Source of the DNA: Candidatus Heimdallarchaeota archaeon
GTDB taxonomy: Archaea; Asgardarchaeota; Heimdallarchaeia; JABLTI01
Direction of reading: 5' to 3'
Length of the DNA: 53,240 nucleotides
NCBI GenBank assembly: GCA_019058275.1
Contig: JAHLVW010000118.1
Span: 1 to 53,240 of the forward strand
The notes under the pieces were generated by a model that had not been told where the DNA came from, did no database searches, and saw only the letters and a list, made by a program, of their open reading frames with translations. Shown here one piece after another: positions 48,786 through 53,240 of this stretch; position 1 is the stretch's first letter; each line of letters opens with the position of its first letter. Made by a program: the position numbers and the translations under genes.

Positions 48786-48896
48786 TTTATTAGTGAGGAA
48801 CTAAGAATCAGGTTGAGTATAAGCTTAGAACACGTTCAGGAAAAAAAGAAACGTCCAGGAAAGAAATAGGAAAAAAGTCCAGGAATAGGATTAAAA

Positions 48897-49397
48897 ATGC
48901 AGATCCCAAAACTAGTCCATAGAAAAAACTCGAAAAAATTAACAGTAGAACTCATACCTACTACTGTTCGTTCCAAATCTCTTTTCCAAATTTATACTAA
49001 AAACAGATGTTTAGATGTATGGACCGAAATTAAAGATGAACTATTAGAAAGAGAAGGTAAAAAGTGTTGGATATGCGGGAAGAAGAGCATGCACTTATTT
49101 GTGCATGAATTTTGGGAATACGATGATGACAAATCACTCATGAAACTGCAAGAGATTCATCATTTGTGCAATAAATGCCATAAGATTAAACGCACTGATT
49201 TCTGGTTTTTCACAGATTATGGTAAAGAACAACTTAAAAAATTAGACATCAGTCCTGAGGATTTAATTAAACACTACTGTAAAGTAAACAAATGTGATTT
49301 GAAAGATTTTGGTCAGAATTGGCGTGAAGCTGTCGATCTTTGGAAAACAAGAAGCGAACAAGAATGGATTCAAGATTATGGTGAGTTTTTACAATAG
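48897..49397 (+). CDS. HNH-like endonuclease
   Basis: CWICG...HEFWEYD...LCNKCH. Confidence 0.75.
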   Translation: MQIPKLVHRKNSKKLTVELIPTTVRSKSLFQIYTKNRCLDVWTEIKDELLEREGKKCWICGKKSMHLFVHEFWEYDDDKSLMKLQEIHHLCNKCHKIKRTDFWFFTDYGKEQLKKLDISPEDLIKHYCKVNKCDLKDFGQNWREAVDLWKTRSEQEWIQDYGEFLQ

Positions 49398-49665
49398 TAA
49401 TAAATGAGAAATAACACTCTCTTTATTCACTTGTTAGTGTACTCACCGTTCAGTGTTTTTTTGATAGCATTTACTTGTAAACTTATTAACAAATCAGTAT
49501 GTATGTTTTTGTTATTAGAATAGTAAAAATCCTTACAATAAACGATATTGTGGTGATTGTGGTTCATGATTGAATTAATCTAAGGTAAATTGATTAGTTT
49601 ATTATGATTTAGTACAATTGCTTAACAGCTAGTTCACTTTACAATTCAACCCAGTCACACAGCTT

Positions 49666-50526
49666 TTGTTTCATGAAAATACCTGCTCTCAAAAAAACAT
49701 AAAACTATTAAATTTGCAAAAGAAGATTTCTATGTGTGAAAAAAATATGATTGAAATACGTGATTTGACTGAAAAAAACGTAGATGATATTGCTACCTTT
49801 TGTTCCCTAGGAGAAGTTAAAAATGATTTTTATTTACAAGGAGAAAAGAGAAAGAAAAAGTTCTTGCTTGAGAAATTAAAAAAAGGCGGACGAGCAAAGA
49901 TTGCCTATAAAGAGAACGAGTCGGTAGTCTTCATAGAATATTACCTGATAGAAGACGCTCCTATGAACATTACTGGAAAAGATATTATGATTATTCCTTG
50001 TATGAATGTTAAAGTCACTGAAAGGAAAAAAAGGATAGGTGAAAAACTTCTTCGAGCAAGTATAGAAGCTACTAAAAAAATGGGAAAAAAAGCAATAACT
50101 GTAATTGCAACTGAGTGGGAAGATTTCATGCCTAAAGCTTTCTTTGAGAAGAATGGTTTTGAAAATGTGACAAATCGCAGTCCAATTAATATCTTTATGA
50201 AAAAATTAGATGAGGTTGAAAACCCTCAATGGTTAAAATTGCTATATAAACAAAAACCAGTCAAAGGAAAGCTAGTAATTGACATTTTCCATACTGATCA
50301 ATGCCCATTTGATTGGCAAAATACACAAAGAGTTAAAAAAGTAGCACGGGAATTCGGAGACAGTGTTGTAGTAACTGATTTTGATACTAACAAACGAGAG
50401 AACATTTTAAAGTATGGGACCCAGGGAGCAATCATTGTAAATAAGGAATATTTAGGTACTGGACCACCACTAAGCGAAGAAGAGATCAGAAAAGTTTTCA
50501 AAGAAAGACTAAAGGCAACAAAATAG
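49666..50526 (+). CDS. GNAT acetyltransferase with C-terminal YoaP/thioredoxin-like domain (start likely ~49748)
   Basis: FIEY, IPCMNV...RKKRIGEKLL, FFEKNGF and DQCPF. Confidence 0.8.
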   Translation: MFHENTCSQKNIKLLNLQKKISMCEKNMIEIRDLTEKNVDDIATFCSLGEVKNDFYLQGEKRKKKFLLEKLKKGGRAKIAYKENESVVFIEYYLIEDAPMNITGKDIMIIPCMNVKVTERKKRIGEKLLRASIEATKKMGKKAITVIATEWEDFMPKAFFEKNGFENVTNRSPINIFMKKLDEVENPQWLKLLYKQKPVKGKLVIDIFHTDQCPFDWQNTQRVKKVAREFGDSVVVTDFDTNKRENILKYGTQGAIIVNKEYLGTGPPLSEEEIRKVFKERLKATK

Positions 50527-50876
50527 GAGAGGACTTGTACTCAACAATCCGGCAAGAATGCTTATCAATAGGATCAACCGTTCCTTTTTTTCTGGACAGA
50601 TATTCCAATGGTGATTGAAATTGTTTATCCCTAGCCAGTCACCGCAACGAGCCTGTTGGTGTGGGTCATCTCTGGTCCTCCGCTAGGAACAGTTGAGCGG
50701 AGGGTTCCCATCTCCTTATAGGGGATGAGGCTGTTGGTAGCATGAAAAATTCTTTTGGTTTTATTATTCATGCTTTTCTCTTTGAAAATAAATGGAATCA
50801 CTAGTTATCAATACTTTTTCTTCAGTGATTCCTGAAAGTATTCCTTCTAATCCTTCGTTCCTTTTCAAGCGTTCTC

Positions 50877-51302
50877 TTAAAACAAACCCCAATGTCCTAA
50901 TTGTCTATAAAAAGTGACAACTGTTGATACTCTATCAATTTTTCCACGCATAGTTTTAGTCCTAAGATACAGTTCGTAAGCTAACGGAAGCCAGTTTTCA
51001 GGATCGATTTCGAAGCGATGGCGTTCTTGCTCCCAGAATAAGCGAAGAAAAGGTTTAGAAAGGACAATAGCTGGAGGTGCTTTTCCAAGCATGAGATCCT
51101 TTCCATGGTCTTGTAGGAATTCAGTTAACTGGTGACGCTTTTCTGTGCCATCCCAAAGTTGCGGTTTGTAACTACTGTATCTTTTTCTCCCCCAAGGTCC
51201 TTCTTCTGTGTATAGATTTTGTTACTTCATCAAGTAGAATTTGATCGGACAATCCAAGTAAGCAGCAAATTCTGTTTTACTGAGGTTAAAGAGATGGTTC
51301 AA
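50877..51302 (-). pseudogene. Cas4/RecB-like PD-(D/E)xK nuclease pseudogene
   Basis: In frame with the 50877 ORF: LSKTEFAAYLDCPIKFYL, stop TAA at 51222-51224, then ELYLRTKTMRGKIDR and truncation before the (D/E)xK motif. Confidence 0.7.
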
Positions 51303-51448
51303 AGCATAATCCCTAATTCATATCTGAGAAATTTATCTTTAAGTAAAGCTAAATCCTAAACAGTGACAAAGAATTTCTCAAATAGTTAGAATCTCTGATG
51401 AGGGAAAAATGCTCACCAGAGACCATAACGTACTCACATCAAAAAAAA

Positions 51449-51583
51449 CTAGTAGACAGGTTTGAGTTTCATAAGGTCTTTCTTTAGTTGTTCAAACCAT
51501 TTTTCTACGAATTCTTGATCTCCTTCAATTTCGAATTCTTTTTCACCGATCTTATATTTTATCCTATGAGTGACCATGTTCAT
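51449..51583 (-). pseudogene. 44-aa gene fragment MNMVTHRIKYKIGEKEFEIEGDQEFVEKWF...
   Basis: AGGAGG SD and protein-like N-terminus with an early stop. Confidence 0.45.
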
Positions 51584-51722
51584 CCCTCCTAAGTACCTCC
51601 CTCTTTCATCACTAAAAAATGCTGTGAAGAAATAAGCTGCTGATGACCATTAAATAAACTACTTTTCAATCCTCTTTAATGAGGTTTTACTTTTGTAACA
51701 GTTATATGATAACAATCCTTAT

Positions 51723-52180
51723 TCATATAACATCAATATTTTGAATTAGAAAAGAATCTTTTTTGAGATAAACCACTTTCCCTTTTTTGTCATGATAATA
51801 GGCATTAAAAGTAACTTCACCCTTATGCCAACTCTCTGCTTTCCTAGTACATACAAAAGAAACATGCCTATAATCAGGAGATCCTGGAGTAATAGGATGT
51901 CTTTCTTTTAGGTTTTTTGTACCAGTCAATTTTTTCACATCAATATCAAAGACAATTATTTCAGGTTCATCCATTAGATATTCGCGTGTGTCTCCAACAT
52001 TTCGAACAAATCTTTCAATTGTAATTGTATAATTAGCACCACTAGTTGCTAAACTATTATTGATATGGTTTAAACCATAAATTTCCATTTTACACCTTTG
52101 GTTTTGGTACGATACCAAAAATAAATAAAAGTAAAAATCAATGCAGAAATAGCAATATAATCACTATTGGATAATCCCAT
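51723..52180 (-). pseudogene. probable frameshifted membrane-anchored hypothetical protein
   Basis: ATG at 52180 gives MGLSNSDYIAISALIFTFIYFWYRTKTKGVKWKFMV*, which overlaps the 51723..52118 frame. Confidence 0.4.
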
Positions 52181-53240
52181 TTTCCATCAAAAAACAATAA
52201 TTGTTCCTGCATATAAAAATTCCTTGAAAAGCAGTTCCTGGATACCCTTTCTGATCCAGGATGAAATTGATTGAGGTTTGTGCAGCAATCACCTAAATTG
52301 CCTTTTAGAGAAAGGGCAAGAGAAATTATAACCGTGTTATAAAATAAGAAAATACTCGAGACTTCACTGAAACCATTTTCTTTTATTGCTGCAGCAATGA
52401 TTTCTCTTTGGCATCTGCTGCAGCTTTTGAGAAATCTAATCCAATAAGGAATAGGAGAAAAAATAAAGTATAACAGGGGTACTAAACAATTCACTATTTA
52501 TGAAGAATAAACATTTTATCCCTCTTTCTTTTTCATTGTAATTTTTTCATTTTCATGAAAATTAATCGATAAAAAAATTAGCAAATCTTGTAATTAGTAT
52601 ACTCAGGATTAATAGATTATCAAAATTACTTCTGATAATCCTCAATCTAATGTCTAAAGAGCTGATGCTTACTCTGTCCTTCTTTTGAATAGGTATCGTA
52701 AACAGGGCAACGTTTCTCTTTGGTTTCATATAACTGGCAATGAGTGGCTGGTTTATTATCTTGTTTGTTTTTAGATGATTGATAATGAGGGCATAAATCA
52801 TTGATGAGAGGGCAGAGAAAGCTTTGATCATCTGTTTTGTCTAGCATCTATTTTCTTTTCCTGCTGTAAAAGCAACTAACTGTGAACTACTAAGCATATA
52901 ATTATTTTTTCAGGATAAATTGCTGAGTATTATTAATAAATTGATTGAAAGATGAAAAGGATAGTTGAAATAAAAATAAGCATCTTTTCAATATAAGATT
53001 CAGTGGAACTCCTATTCAACAACTAATTCTCTAGACTTATTTATAGAGAAGTTCAAGAGATGTGGATGTATGAAAGAAAAAAACTCTCTTTAGATTGTAA
53101 AGCTCAAGATTAATAACAAACAAAAGACTAGAAGAATATACACCTGGGTGCTCCCTTCGGAATAAAATCCCGTTGCGGTTTAATAGGGGATGAAGATTAT
53201 GGGAGCATCTCCAGGTTAAAATTTGAGTTTCCTTTAGATA

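Noticed and set aside
52138-52831. ORFs 52138..52494 and 52562..52831 as intact genes
   Set aside because: Atypical composition, overlapping competing frames and no motifs; treated as decayed sequence.

Overview
AT-rich archaeal chromosome segment, most consistent with an Asgard archaeon (Heimdallarchaeia-like). This rests on archaeal uS12, NAC, SmAP, RadA, Orc1/Cdc6, MfnB and A/V-ATPase F/H, plus eukaryote-signature-type architectures (WD40-PCI-RING, uDENN/longin-like) and PGF-CTERM-type surface proteins. Layout: 1-17.1 kb is mostly housekeeping. 17368-17470 is tRNA-Phe(GAA) with a non-canonical D-loop intron. It is followed by a ~17 kb accessory region with copies of a tRNA 3' end at 18330 and 34168. 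Nested in that region is an IS607-TnpA-headed cassette (OB-fold protein, RadA/Rad51 paralog, degenerate Hel308-like helicase, truncated wHTH/Zn-finger protein) that appears to have split a small host gene. 34.2-44.9 kb is housekeeping again. 45.0-48.8 kb is a candidate peptide-signalling locus: an unannotated 48-aa secreted pro-peptide, two paralogous stand-alone receiver proteins with conserved upstream DNA boxes, and a large Lrp/AsnC-type regulator. 50.5-53.2 kb is a decayed region with a Cas4/RecB-like pseudogene and GC-rich hairpins. No rRNA or CRISPR array was seen. All family calls come from motif recognition by eye, not database searches.
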